Assembly: GCA_013239625.1 (NCBI GenBank)
Contig: MU054132.1
Coordinates: 744,001-808,000, forward strand
Length of the DNA stretch: 64,000 bases
DNA from: Lama guanicoe
Lineage: Eukaryota
Direction: 5' to 3'
Positions 38,347 to 50,639 of the stretch are shown piece after piece. Each line of letters opens with the position of its first letter. Within the stretch, counting starts at the first letter, position 1. The position numbers and the translations under genes were made by a program. The notes under the pieces were generated by a model that saw nothing but the letters and a program-made list of their open reading frames with translations, ran no database searches and was not told the DNA's origin.

Positions 38347-40828
38347 TCAGTAGCAACCACTGCAAATTACTCAGAAATATTACTAGAATAGCGCTTGCTC
38401 TACATCCAGGATAGTGCTAATGTCAGAGCATTTGGCATTTAAAACCAATGAACAACATCAAACCTGACTCCTGTTCATCTGCAAACATATCGGGAGGCAG
38501 GATTCAGCAATCTGAAGGGAAGCAGGGAACCAGTAATTTGAGACTGTGTACAATCAACACTAGGTTGTGTCATTCAGAAGATAAACTCGTAACTTCTTCC
38601 TTCAGGTGAATTTAAGCAGATCCTTAAGCACATATTGCTGCTACCTTAAATCAATTTATTAGAAATCTTTTCCATAATCCCTTTCATCCATTTTATAAGC
38701 TGTACAAACAAAAATTTAAGGCAGTATTTACCACTTAAATATGAGAAGAATTTTTATAGATTTTTAAGACCAACTTGAGTATATGAACTTTAGGAATATT
38801 GATAAAATGGTCAACTCTAGAGTTACGATATTTAATTGTTAAATTGTTTATACTATAAAATTTAAAATACACACGTAAAATGAGATTTTAAAATGCTGCT
38901 TTTTTCTAGGCTCGTATTCTTCTAGAGTACACTTTTGACATCTGCCTTACTCATTGAAGGTATCTTTCTGAATACATGTATGATGCTGTCAGTGGATACG
39001 TTATCTCAGGTCATAAGTACTCACTTGTATACTATTAAGAAAACTATTCTTTAAAATACTTAGGAATAAATCTGACCAAGGAAGTGAAAGACTTATATGT
39101 GGAGAACTACAAAACAATGACTAAGGAAATTAAAGATGACTTAAACAAATGGAAAGATAGCCCATGTTCTTGGATGGGAAGAATTAATATTGTTAAAATG
39201 GCCATACTACCCAAAGAAATCTACAGATTTAATGCAATCCCTATCAAATTACCCAGGACATTTTTCACAGAACTAGAACAAAAAAATCCTAAAATTTATA
39301 TGGACTCACAAAAGACCCAGTATTACCAAAGCATTACTGAAGAAAAAGAATGAAGCTGGAAGAATAACCCTCCCAGACTTCAGACAATACTACAGAGCTA
39401 CGGTGATCAAAACAGCATGGTGAATGTAAATCAATGAAGTTAGAATACTCCCTCACACCACACACAAAAATAAACTCAAAATGGCTTAAAGACTTAAACA
39501 TAAGACAAGACAATATAAATCTCCTAGAAGAAAACACAGGCAAAACATTATCTGACATACACCTCAGCAATGTTCTCTTAGGGCAGTCTACCCAAGCAAT
39601 AGAAAGAAAAGCAAAAATAAACAAATGGGACCTAATTAAACTTATAAGCTTTTGTACAGCAAAGGAAACCATAAGCAAACAAAAAACAACCTAAGAATGG
39701 GAGAAAATATTTGCAAAAGATGAGACAGACAAGGGCTCAATCTACAGTATATATAAACAGCTCATACAGCTTAATAAGAAAAAACAAATAAGCCAATCCA
39801 AAAATGGGCAGAAGACCTAAACAAGCAATTCTCCAATGAAGACATGAATGGCCAACAGGCACATGAAAAAATGCTCAATATCGCTAATTATCCAAGAAAT
39901 GCAAATCAAAACTACACTGAGGTATCACCTCACACCAGGCAGAATGGCCATCATTCAAAAGTCCACCAACGATAAATGCTGGAGAGGCTGTGAAGAAAAG
40001 GGAATCCTCCTACACTATTGGTGGGAATGTAGTCCAGTGCAGCCATTATGGAAAACAGTATGGAGATTCCTCAACAAACTAAAAATAGACTTACCATATG
40101 ATCCAGCAATCCCACTCCTGGGCATATATCCAGAGGGAACCTTAATTTCAAAAAGACACATGCACCCCAATGTTCATAGCAGCACTATTTACAATAGCCA
40201 AGACATGGAAACCACCTCAATGTCCACCAACAGATGACTAGATAAAGAAAGAAGTTGTGGTATATTTCTACAATGGAATACTACTTAGGCATAATAAATA
40301 ATAAAATAATGCCATTTGCAGCAACATGGATGGACCTGGAGAATGTCATTCTAAGTGAAGTAAGTCAGACAAAGGAAAATACCACATGTGGAACCTAAAA
40401 AAAAAAAAAAGACAAACAAACTTATTTACAAAACAAACAGACTCACAGATATAGAAAACAAACTTACCAGAAGGGGGAAGGGGGTGGGAAGGGATAAACT
40501 GGGAGGTCGAGATTTTCAGATACTAATATATATAAAATAGATAAACAACAAGTTTATACTGTATAGCACAGGGAACCATATTCAATATCTTGTAGTAACC
40601 TATGATGAAGAAGAATATGAGAATGAATGCATGTTCCTATATGACTGAAGTATTGTGCTATACACCAGAAATTGATACAACATTGTAAACTATCCTTCAA
40701 TAAGAATATATTTTAAAAAAGAAAGTTACTAAAATCTGTTCTTAGTGAATAGTTGAGATCTATACAACGTAATCACTTACTGTGTTGCTTTTTAAGTGAT
40801 CTTTAAGAGGTCTGTTTACAACCCCCCC
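38347..40828. other. Unidentified TSD-flanked insert, about 0.8 kb once the inner L1 is removed; candidate retrocopy
   Basis: Flanked by caaaactacaatgag / caaaatacaatgag; AT-rich and not L1-like; source not recognised. Confidence 0.55.
39052..40718 (+). mobile_element. Young 5'-truncated L1, about 1.65 kb, with an apparent internal deletion near 39422
   Basis: ORF2 peptides [26 protein letters not shown] and [24 protein letters not shown]; imperfect TSD aagaaaactatt / aagaaagttact. Confidence 0.93.
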
Positions 40829-43007
40829 CAAAATACAATGAGATATCACCTCATATCCATTAGTATTGCTACTATCAAAACAACAGAAAATAACAAGTGT
40901 TGACAAGGATGTGAAGAAAGTGGAACCCTTGTACATTGCTGGTAAGGGGGTAAAATGGTATAGCCTCTGTGGGAAATAGTATGGTGGTTCTCAAAAAATG
41001 AATCTAACAGAATTACCATACAACCTAGCAATTTCACTTCTATATAAGCCCAGAAGAACTGAAAACAAGGACTTGAACAAATATTTGTACATCTATGTTC
41101 ATAGCAGCATTGTGTACAATAGCCAAAAGGTGGTAACAATCTGAATGTCCATCAACAGATGAATGGATAAATAAAATGTGGTATACACATACTCTGGAAA
41201 ATTATTCAGCCTTAAAAAGGAAAGAAATTCTGATACATGCTACAACATGGGTGAACCATGAGGACATTATGCTAAATGAAATAAGCCATTCACAGAAGGA
41301 CTAATACTCTATGGTTCCACTTCTATGATATACTTAGAGATAGAAAGTAGAATGGTTGTTGCCAGGGATTGGGAGAGGAGAGAATGAGGAGTGATTGTTT
41401 AATGGGGATAGTTTCAGTTTTGAGAGGTAAAGAGAGATACGGAGAGAATGGTGGTGATGTTGCAAAAAATTATGAACGTATTTACTTTCACTGAACTGTA
41501 TACTTAAAAATGGTTAAGATGATAAATTTTGTTATGTGTATTTACCACAATAAAAAGAATGGAACAACAACAAAAAAGAATGAGTACACAGGAGGGGGCA
41601 GGGGAAAGTAAGGCTCAGAGGAATTTAAGTGTACAAAAAATGAAAGGAACTAGGATGGGAACAAAGATTTGGCTACAAGAATATAACCACAGTAATGCTT
41701 AGAATAGGGATGAAATGTGTTTCTTATTTTAAGGTAAAATTTAAGAGAAAGAGTAAAATATCTAGCCATTAAAAACAATGTTATAAGCCTAAAGTAAGGT
41801 TAATGCAGAAAACATAAGCCAGAGGGCTCTGAATACAAATGAGACTCTGAGCTTCCCTAGGGGCCAAGGCAAAGGGAATCATTATTGACACAGTTTACAC
41901 TACAGTTTAAACAAAACTGAGCCAACAGTTCAGAAGAAGCACGACCATTCCAAGCACTGGATCTGAAGGAAATTTCTAACTGGCTTCACAGATTTTCTTG
42001 AGGACTTCATATATAGATCTTAATGCAAGCTGAAGGAGACATGCAAAGCGAGCTTAGTAAAAAACAACTGGAATAAGGCCAGAAGTATGCTGCTTCCTAA
42101 TGATCCACTTTCATTCAAAGATAAAACACTGCCTGAACAGGAGCACTGAGGCATGCTCCAGCACAATCCCATGGATGCTGTTTACTACACTTTAGCTCAG
42201 GATAGCTTTTGGGAGGTGAAGCACTCAAGATTATCCTCCCTGACAAGAATATGAGATGCAACATTCTCCACTGCCTGCTAAAGGCAGGCAGGTCTTGATG
42301 TTTCTAACAGTCACTGTCACTGGGGTGACAAGTGAAAATGAACCCAACCAGGGCTCAGGCCCAAAAGAAGGAAACTAATCACTCCATGGAGATGAGGTGG
42401 CATAAATATGGCCTGGTAGAGGGAAGGAGTGTTGGGTAGGCCAGCGTAGGGCAGATCAGGAGAGTTGGGAGGTACTGAAGATTGCTGAAGAGGAGAAAGA
42501 CCATGACTGAAGACCTTCTGAGTGACAGTGTAGTCTTCTGAAAGGTGCAACCCAAGCTTACAGCCAAATGCAGCAAGCTGGGTTGGACAAGGCTGCTTAA
42601 GGAGAAAGTCAATGGAAAACATAAAAATAAATGAGATTTTATGTTTAAAAAAATGGAATAGTTTTACACATGAAAAGATGTTCACACAATAATAGAAAAT
42701 GGCTACAACTGTATGATCCCATTATACAGTGAGAGAAGAGAGAACAGAAGAATGAGCAAGAAAGAACCCGAGCAAGTGGTTACCACTGGGATTACAGACA
42801 ATCTAAACTTCATGTGTGCATGTGAACGTGCATGTTAACTTTTATTCAATATGGATGAATTGAATTTTTTTAAATGTCTAAACCCTCAAGAAACTTGGAA
42901 GCCGCAAGAAAAACAGAAATAGCACTATAATTGATAGTACAATCTTAAGTATGACATCATCTAAAAATAAGGAGAAAATTGACTAAAAAACAAAAGCCAG
43001 TTACGTA

Positions 43008-43515
43008 CAGATTTTCCCCGATTTACAATGGGGTTACATGCTGATAAACCCATCCTAGGTTGAAAATATCATAAATTGAAAATGCATTTAATACACCCAA
43101 CCAGCTGAACATCATAGGTTGGCCTAGCCTACCTAGATATGCTCAGAGCACTTACAGCTGGGCAAAATCATCTAACACAAAGTCTGTTTTATAACAAAAT
43201 ATTGACTATCTCATGTAATTTAATGAATACTGTACTGAAAGTGAAAAACAAAATGGTTGTCTGGGTTCAGAATGGCTGTCAGTCAATCAGTTGTTTACTC
43301 TCATGACTGTGTTTACTCTCTTGGCTGGGAGCTGCGGCTCGATGCCGCTGTCCAGCATCTCAAGAAAAAGTATGTCCCGCTCATCACTAGCCCAGAAAAA
43401 AATACCAAAAATTCAAAATTTGGAGTATGGTTTCTATGAAATGCATGATCACTTTGGCACTACTGTGTAGTCGAAAAAATGTTAAGTCACATAATCGTTT
43501 AGTCGGGGACAATGA
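43008..43515 (+). mobile_element. Tigger5/MER47-like TcMar DNA transposon
   Basis: TA|cagattttccccgatttacaatggggttacatgctgataaacccatc start and tagtcggggacaatg inverted end. Confidence 0.75.
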
Positions 43516-43592
43516 TACTTGTAAGACTGACTAACACTGATGAGATTCAGGGTGAAACCTGTAAGCACTGACATCCTGCTCTGGTTTTAGAG

Positions 43593-43755
43593 CCTTGGCT
43601 CTCAAAGTGCGATTCCCTAGGCCGAGGGTAGCAGTACCTGGCAACTTGTTTGAAATTCAAATTCCAGGAACTACCTCTGACCTACAGCTTCTGGCGGTTG
43701 GATTAAAACAATCCCTCCAGGTATTCTCATCCACACTGAGGTTTGAGAACCACTG
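43593..43755 (+). mobile_element. MER5A-like element
   Basis: ctctcaaagtgcgattccctag...aggtttgagaaccactg. Confidence 0.65.
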
Positions 43756-44641
43756 TTACGAAAAAATGATGTTTCATCTAGATAAAAACAGTTTATACAG
43801 TTAAGAATATATATTTTTTTGCTCAAAACCCATTTTGTTATTTTAACCTAAACTCCTTGGAACAAACACTAATCTATTCAATTGTGAAATGATAAGCTGG
43901 AAGATGATAAAGATATTTTTTAAATTACGTAGAATTCTAGAACTGCTCATTTTAAAAGAATGTACTAACTACTGCAGTGGAATGAGCTGAAGAATCCAGT
44001 CTGTAAAAAAGTGATGAGGAATCAGTGTATTTGGAATTTCAGTGTTTAAATGATTTGAAAATACTTTAAGCTTAGGGTATAGCACAGCTACAACTATTAC
44101 AACTGCCATAACTGCGTAAACTGAATAGTCTCTCTGGTTTCAGACTGAAGTGACATGTTTAAAACAGAAGAGATTCAACAAAATTTTAACTTCTAAAGGG
44201 CCATATTAATCACTGTAGCTTGAAACTTAAGATTGGTACTATATTTGAGACATAAAGACTATTGAAATACCAGATCTCTTTCACACTGGCTGCAATTTTT
44301 AAAATAACTTATAATTGGTTATTAATATGAAATACCCTTTCTCTAATGATGTGAAATCACACTGAACTTCACTAGACTCCCAACTCAGGAAGAAACAGCC
44401 CAACACCTCACATACTTTCTTTATTCAGAAATTGCTAAACAGCAAATGAACCAGTGGTTTGTTAATGTTTTTGATTATGAACCCCCAACAACAAAAATTC
44501 AAGTATATATCCCTAATATATGTATACTTATACATAAATTATATATATGTCCTACTGTGATAATATTTATACATAAATTACATATGTACTACTGTGACAT
44601 AGTATATATTATAAAATACATAATAAAAATTAAATAAGGCT

Positions 44642-44767
44642 TTGGGGGTAGGGTATAGCTCAGTGGTCGAGTGTGTGCCTAGCATGCAGAGGTCCTGGGT
44701 TCAATCCTCAGTACCTCCATTTAAAATAAACAAATAAACCTAATTATCCCCCAATAAATAAATAAAT
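44642..44767 (+). mobile_element. Vic-1-like SINE
   Basis: tRNA-like head and A-rich tail; perfect 16-bp TSD aaaattaaataaggct. Confidence 0.92.
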
Positions 44768-45045
44768 AAAATTAAATAAGGCTGAAATAAAAACAAAGAT
44801 TGGTTGTAAGTTTTTTTTTCCTGAGACCCACATCCACCCTTGATGCTTACACACCCTTCTTTGGACTCTACTGCAAAGCTGCATGGCCCAGCAACCTGCA
44901 TGCATTCTCAGGCAGCACCCCTGACCACTCAGGTGGAAGCAGTCAAATATGGTGGCCCAATTAATGTCTCCTTCCTGCTGAGTTCGACCATCTCTGACTC
45001 AAGTCTGTGATACTGGGTTCCTCCCTTCACCCCTAATAACCGCTT

Positions 45046-45165
45046 CCTTTTTTTCTTCGTTTTTTTTTCTTTTTGGGGGAGGGGAGGATAGAAAAGAGCA
45101 GCTCTATTGCTTTGCCAGGCAAAGGGAGTCACAGCAGGCTCATGTCTTTAAGACTGTGAGCCCCT
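45046..45165 (-). mobile_element. ERV LTR R-region fragment ending in a poly(A) tail
   Basis: Reverse complement agcctgctgtgactccctttgcctggcaaagcaatagagctgctcttttct then A-tail; degenerate TSD. Confidence 0.55.
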
Positions 45166-46047
45166 CCTAACACCCTCTTTTGCTACTTCTCACTTGGTAA
45201 GCAGTGGAGAAGACTGTGGAGCCAAAAGGTACAATAACAGTATAATAGCATGGACTGTGTTGTCAGACAAACCTGGGTTTGCACCTGGCCTCTGCCTTTA
45301 ACTCAACAGGTGGCTCAGAGCCAGTCAGGTAACATCTCTAAAACTAATCAGTACAGGGAGTGATAAGAGCGTCCTCTCCCCTGGTTATTAGGATGATTAA
45401 GTGAGATAAGCTGTTATTAGAGCACCTAGCACAGAACACAGACAACACAAGTACTCAATAAATATTCTACCCAGAATCCCTACTTCAGGTGGCAAAAGAG
45501 GTCACCTGGACTTTGTTTCAGTGGCCAACTCAGGAATAGAGCAAGTTCCAGTGGAAGTAGCCAGCTGGTGGAGGCTGGCAGACTTGGGTTGAAGGCCAAT
45601 GACCCAGCTTCTCTATGAGGGGGAATCTTCTCATCTGTTCAATGGGAGTGATGACCCAAAGTATACATGAAGTACCTGTCAGAGCCAGTCACACTAACAC
45701 TGGTGGCCAGCAAATGGCCACTGACAGTGAGGGTAAGCAAACCGCACATAAACCAAAGTGTCGTTACAGGGCTCTTGGGACACCTTCATGTCATACTAAG
45801 AGAATAAGCACCCCTAAAGTCTACCACCAAATGTTAATAAATGCATGTACATCCCTACAGATATGGTTCATTTCCCAACTGGACAGTTTACTTGTTCATA
45901 TATGACCTCAAGCAGTTCACAATCTTTACACCTCCAACTTCTAGCCATAAACTAGGAGTAGATTTTTTATACCCACCTCCAGAGAGTAAACTAATCTAGA
46001 TAATGGGGGCGGAGGGGTCCTAAAGCAGTGATTATAAAGCACATAGA

Positions 46048-47335
46048 ACTCCCTCACACCACACACAAAAATAAACTCAAAATGGCTTAAAGACTTAAAC
46101 ATAAGACAAGACAATATAAACTTCTTAGAAAAAAACATAGGCAAAACATTATCCGACATAAATCTCAGCAATGTTCTCCTAGGGCAGTCTACCCAAGCAA
46201 CAGAAAGAAAAGCAAAAATAAACAAATGGGACCTAATTAAACTTGTAAGCTTTTGCACAGCAAAGGAAACCATAAGCAAAACAAAAAGACAACCTAAGAA
46301 TGGGAGAAAATATTTGCAAAAGATGAGACAGACAAGGGCTTAATCTACAGTACAACTCATACAACTTAATAAGAAAAAACAAATAAGCCAATCCAAAAAT
46401 GGGCAGAAGACCTAAACAAGCAATTCTCCAATGAAGACATATGAATGGCCAATAGGCACATGAAAAAATGCTCAATATCGCTAATTATCCGAGAAATGCA
46501 AAACAAAACTACCCTGAGGTATCACCTCACACCAGGCAGAATGGCCATCATTCAAAAGTCCACAAAGTATAAATGCTAGAGAGGCTGTGGAGAAATGGGA
46601 ACCCTCCTACATTGTTGGTGGGAACGTAGTTTGGTGCAGCCATTATGGAAAACAGTATGGAGATTCCTCAAAAAGCTAAAAATAGATTTACCATATGATC
46701 CAGCAATCCCACTCCTGGGCGTATATCCAGAGGGAACCTTAATTCAAAAAGACACATGCATCCCAATGTTCATAGCAGCACTACTTACAATAGCCAAGAC
46801 ATGGAAACCAGCTCAATGTCCATCAACAGACGACTGGATAAAGAAGTTGTGGTATATTTATACAATGGAATACTACTCAGTCATAAAAAAGAATAAAATA
46901 ATGCCATTTGCAGCAACATGGATGGACCTGGAGAATGTCATTCTAAGTGAAGTAAGCCAGACAGAAAAAGAAAAATACTACATATCACTCATATGTGGAA
47001 TCTAAAAAAAAAAGAAAAGACAAACAAACTTATTTACAAAACAAACAGACTTACAGACATAGAAAACAAACTTATGGTTACGGGGCAGGGGATAAATTGG
47101 GAGTTCGAGATTTGCAGATACTAACTAATATATATAAAATAGATAAACAACAAGTTAATACAGTATAGTACAGGGAACCATATTCAATATCTTGTAGCAA
47201 CCTATGGTGAAAAAGAATATAAGAACGAATGTATATGTTCCTGTATGACTGAAGTATTGTGCTGTACACCAAAAACTGACAGCACTGTAAACTGATTATA
47301 CTTCAATAAACATATACATAAATAAAAAATAATAA
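46048..47335 (+). mobile_element. Young 5'-truncated L1, about 1.3 kb
   Basis: ORF2p C-terminal ORF 46595-47005; TSD ataaagcacataga / ataaagcacatgga. Confidence 0.95.
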
Positions 47336-48199
47336 ATAAAGCACATGGAGACCCCTGGAGAGGTGCTGTTTTTGCCACAACAGCAAAAGAAAACAGAGAG
47401 CTCTCAAACACCAGACTAGTTCATAATAAATGAGATGTAATTCTTTCAACTTCAACAAATGACCTAAAGAATGAATATGGAGATATATGTATACATATTT
47501 TGTGGGGTTTTTTTACATCTTGTCCCCAGAGGAATGCTGCCAATGTGTAAAACACCTAAAACCTAAACTTTACCAGCATACATTAAAAAGATACAGGTCG
47601 TTAATTAGGCATCACTGAAGAACACCTGAAATATACTCAGCTCTAACTAGACACCCTTGACCCTGACTCCCTTGTATAAGCGTCAGTGTTTGGCACAATA
47701 CCCTGAGATGGCAGCAAACCAATAAAATCACTGTATACCAAACTCCACAAACGTTTGGTCAGAAACATACTCAAAGCTAACATCATTAAAGAAACCTTTT
47801 CTATGTCCTCTTCACAAGAATTATTACAATGTCCCCGGAAGGAGTTTAGTCACCCAGCTCTTTCACCACAGAAGATGGGTTGGTAAGAGGCACGAAATCA
47901 GGGAACTACTGCCAGGTGGGGACTCGCTACTCCCCTCGGCGAAAAGCATTTCCACCTGTGCAACTACCTGCGGTTCAAACAAGTCTGGATCCAGGGCTCA
48001 CGGCAACTAATGCTATCGTGACGTTATGACCCTGCAGGATATACTGGGGTAATAAACCTACCCAAAGTCAACAGAGGCAACATTAGTGAGCATTGTTTAA
48101 GTTTGAGCACAACAGAAAGCTAGAAATCAAGCAAAACCAGCTAAGAAGCTACGTGTTGCCTCTCAATCCCATCTTGCAGACGAAGCAAGAGCAGACAGC

Positions 48200-48960
48200 G
48201 TGCTCTCCCCCGCACTCTGGAAAACCCAGACAGCCCAAAAGCAGGTTCTGGAACCGGCAGCTTCCCGGGGGACGGTGGGGCCAGGGGCCCCAACGGCGCG
48301 AACCCCTCTCGGGGCAGTGGTCCCCAGACTCAAGGGGAGGGGTTCCGTAGCGCGGCTCGCCCCGGCGGGGGCACTGCTGTGGTGGGGGTGGGGACGCGGC
48401 AACCCGACCCCCTCTCCGAGCTGCGGTCTCCCCACGGGGCCCGCACGGCTGCTGGACAGCACCCACGCCCGCACGCACGTGCCCTCGGCGGCCTCCACCC
48501 CGGAACTCCCCGGGCCGCGCGGCGAGAGGCCCGAGCCTAGGCCCGCGAGCAGACGCAGTGGGACGCGCGCGGTGGTACCTGTGGCGGCAGCAGCTCCCGG
48601 GTGGCGGCGGCGAGGACGGGGGCGGGGCGCGGCGTGCGCGCTCCCGGCCCGCGCGGTCCGGTGCGTGCCGCCCGCCCTCTAGCTCCCGACCGCCCGGCGC
48701 CCGCTCAGCTCTCCGCCCCTTCACCTCTCACCTCCTACCTTTCCCCTCCCGCCCCCGCCGCCCTCCGCATGTGCTCCCAGCGGCGCGCGCATGCGTGGTT
48801 AGCCCCTGCCCGCAGCTCCCAGCCCTCCCCCTGGCGGACTCCGGCCACAGAACTCAGAGGGAGAGGTCCGGGGCGGGGCCAGGGGAGGCGGGGCGTGAAG
48901 CCGGCACCGAGCCCCGAGCCCAGCACCAGAGCTTTGAACGACACATTCGGGGAATTAGCA
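48200..48960 (-). promoter_or_regulatory. SCAP: CpG island and SCAP promoter with GC boxes and an NRF1-like site
   Basis: Strong CpG and GC enrichment; GGGGCGGGGC at 48870 and GGCGGGGC at about 48887; GCGCGCATGCGT at about 48785-48796; no TATA box seen. Confidence 0.9.
48579..48750 (-). other. SCAP: SCAP non-coding exon 1 (transcription start approximate)
   Basis: Donor GCCACAG|gtacca at 48579/48578 inside the CpG island; resembles recalled human SCAP 5'UTR; no ATG. Confidence 0.75.
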
Positions 48961-49371
48961 AGAACACGCACAGGATCCCCAGGTTCCCTGTTTTATAACA
49001 GCAAAAAACTAAAAGCAGCTGAGATACACAGCAAATGCAGATGGGTCGATTAAATTACATCCATAAAACGAGCTTCCCAAGGTCTTTTAAAAGGATAAGT
49101 TTTAGCAGTACTTACTACTATGGAAAGACGTTCTTGAAAGAAGGCTCAAAATGAGCTGTAGGGTATGAGCTCATTTTTGTTAAAAACAATCCAAGGAGAA
49201 GGGTCTGGGGTGATGCTGATGTGTGGTCAGTGGTCATCCCTGGGTGGGGGGTAATGGATGTTGGGGTTTTTCCATTTACTCAGGGGCATATAACCATTTT
49301 CTATGTGGAACACGTATTTGTTGTAGTAACAATAGCTACGTCCACTGAACGTGTGTTCTGTGCCAGGTGCT

Positions 49372-49990
49372 TCAAAACAAGTCCCCCTAAAACCAAGTTC
49401 CTCTACTGAGTTTATATGATTAACCTCTCTAGTCAAAACATTATTCCCTTTCTTGTCCAGCACTTATCACCCTCAAAATTGAGGAGTATCAAAGAAAAAG
49501 GACTAAAACAAGGGGACCTTGTGTCCCCCCCCCATAGTAAAGCCTTTGCATGTCCCTTATTTCTTGTTTGTAAGAAAAAAGCTTTAGCTTCCTAGACCTT
49601 CCCTGAATTCCAAAGGGCAGATTCAGTTACTAATCAGGGAAGGGAGGGAATGCAGAAGCAAAGGAAAGACTCCTAGTTCTTCCTCAAGGGATACAGAATA
49701 AGGCCCTCACCCAGGTGGAGGCCGGTAACTTCAGGCTGCGCACGAGATTCCTGGAACACTGCCTGTTACCTCCCCACCAACCAATCAGAAAGTCACGCAC
49801 CCTGCAGCCCTCACCCCAAAAGTTGCCTTTAAAAACCCTTCCCTGAAAACCATCAGGAGTTTGAGTCTTTCATATATAAGCCATCCATTCTCCTAGTGTG
49901 CCCCTACAGCAAATCTTTCTAGGCTCAAAACTCGTTTCCTTTGGCTTGGTCTCACTCAGAGTCAGGCACACAGGTTCGGGTTTGACAACA
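49372..49990 (+). mobile_element. Solo ERV1-class LTR, about 620 bp, inserted in a MIR-like remnant
   Basis: 4-bp TSD TGCT at 49368-49371 and 49991-49994; ends gacaaCA; CCAAT at 49781 and tttaaaaa at about 49828; 5' end reads TC rather than TG. Confidence 0.7.
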
Positions 49991-50545
49991 TGCTGAGCTG
50001 AGCACTTTGCACAGTCGTCTCATCCAACCTTCCGGTAAACCCTGAAGTAGATCTTGTTACCTACCGTATCCTTTGAGGAGGCGGCTTCCTCTGAGATGAG
50101 GGTCCCAGCCTGTGGAGCACCAGCCCATTCCAGGATGCTACCCCCTGGAGATTACCTGTGGGCCAGTGCGCAGGGACCTTGATCACACCACCCCAAGTCT
50201 GTATGGACCCAGATCTGGAGTGTCAGGGGTCAGCCTCGTCCCACCCTCCTGACGTGAGCACACCCCTCTCAGCTTACTCGCATCCACCCTGGAGCTACCT
50301 GGATAAGGCAGATAGTTCCTGTTCCTACCCTGGAAGGCAGCAGCGCTGGGGTTGCATAAAGTGCAGATGTAAGCTCAATGCCAGGCTGAAATCAGAGGCA
50401 CACTTCAGGCACCTCCAGCCACCTTGTCCCTCCCTAGCAGGCCTTCTGCACTGTCATGCCCCGTCCCCTCGACCCTGTTCTAACCTTTCCAAAATCTTGT
50501 CTTCCTCTCTGCCCACCACACCATTATCAATGATAAAATTAATCA

Positions 50546-50639
50546 CTGGAATTTGACACAACATTGTAAAATGAGTATAATTCAATAAAAAAAAGTTTAA
50601 AAAAAGAAATAAAGATCTCAATAAAGGTTAAAAAAAAAA
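50546..50639 (+). mobile_element. Very short young L1 3' terminus with a compound tail
   Basis: ctggaatttgacacaacattgtaaaatgagtataattcaataaa; perfect 14-bp TSD gataaaattaatca. Confidence 0.88.

Larger units (their letters stand above)
37830..41570 (+). mobile_element. Older L1 (ORF2 3' part and 3'UTR) split at 38346/40843 by a nested insertion
   Basis: L1 text gaaatgcaaatcaaaactacaatgag stops at 38346 and resumes atatcacctcata at 40843. Confidence 0.88.

Noticed and set aside
38979..39010. atgatgctg...atctcagg resembling C/D snoRNA boxes
   Set aside because: Imperfect C box, no CTGA D box at a suitable distance and no terminal stem
44515..44610. Roughly 39-bp AT-rich tandem duplication, and small duplications at about 18395 and 43292
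   Set aside because: Ordinary two-copy slippage; not an array and not CRISPR-like
48597..48612. Perfect Kozak leader GCCGCCGCCACC in SCAP exon 1 (minus strand)
   Set aside because: Followed by CGG, which is not a start or usual near-cognate codon; likely chance in GCC-rich sequence
48149..49053. Several overlapping 110-190 aa Arg/Pro/Gly-rich ORFs
   Set aside because: Expected stop-codon depletion in a CpG island
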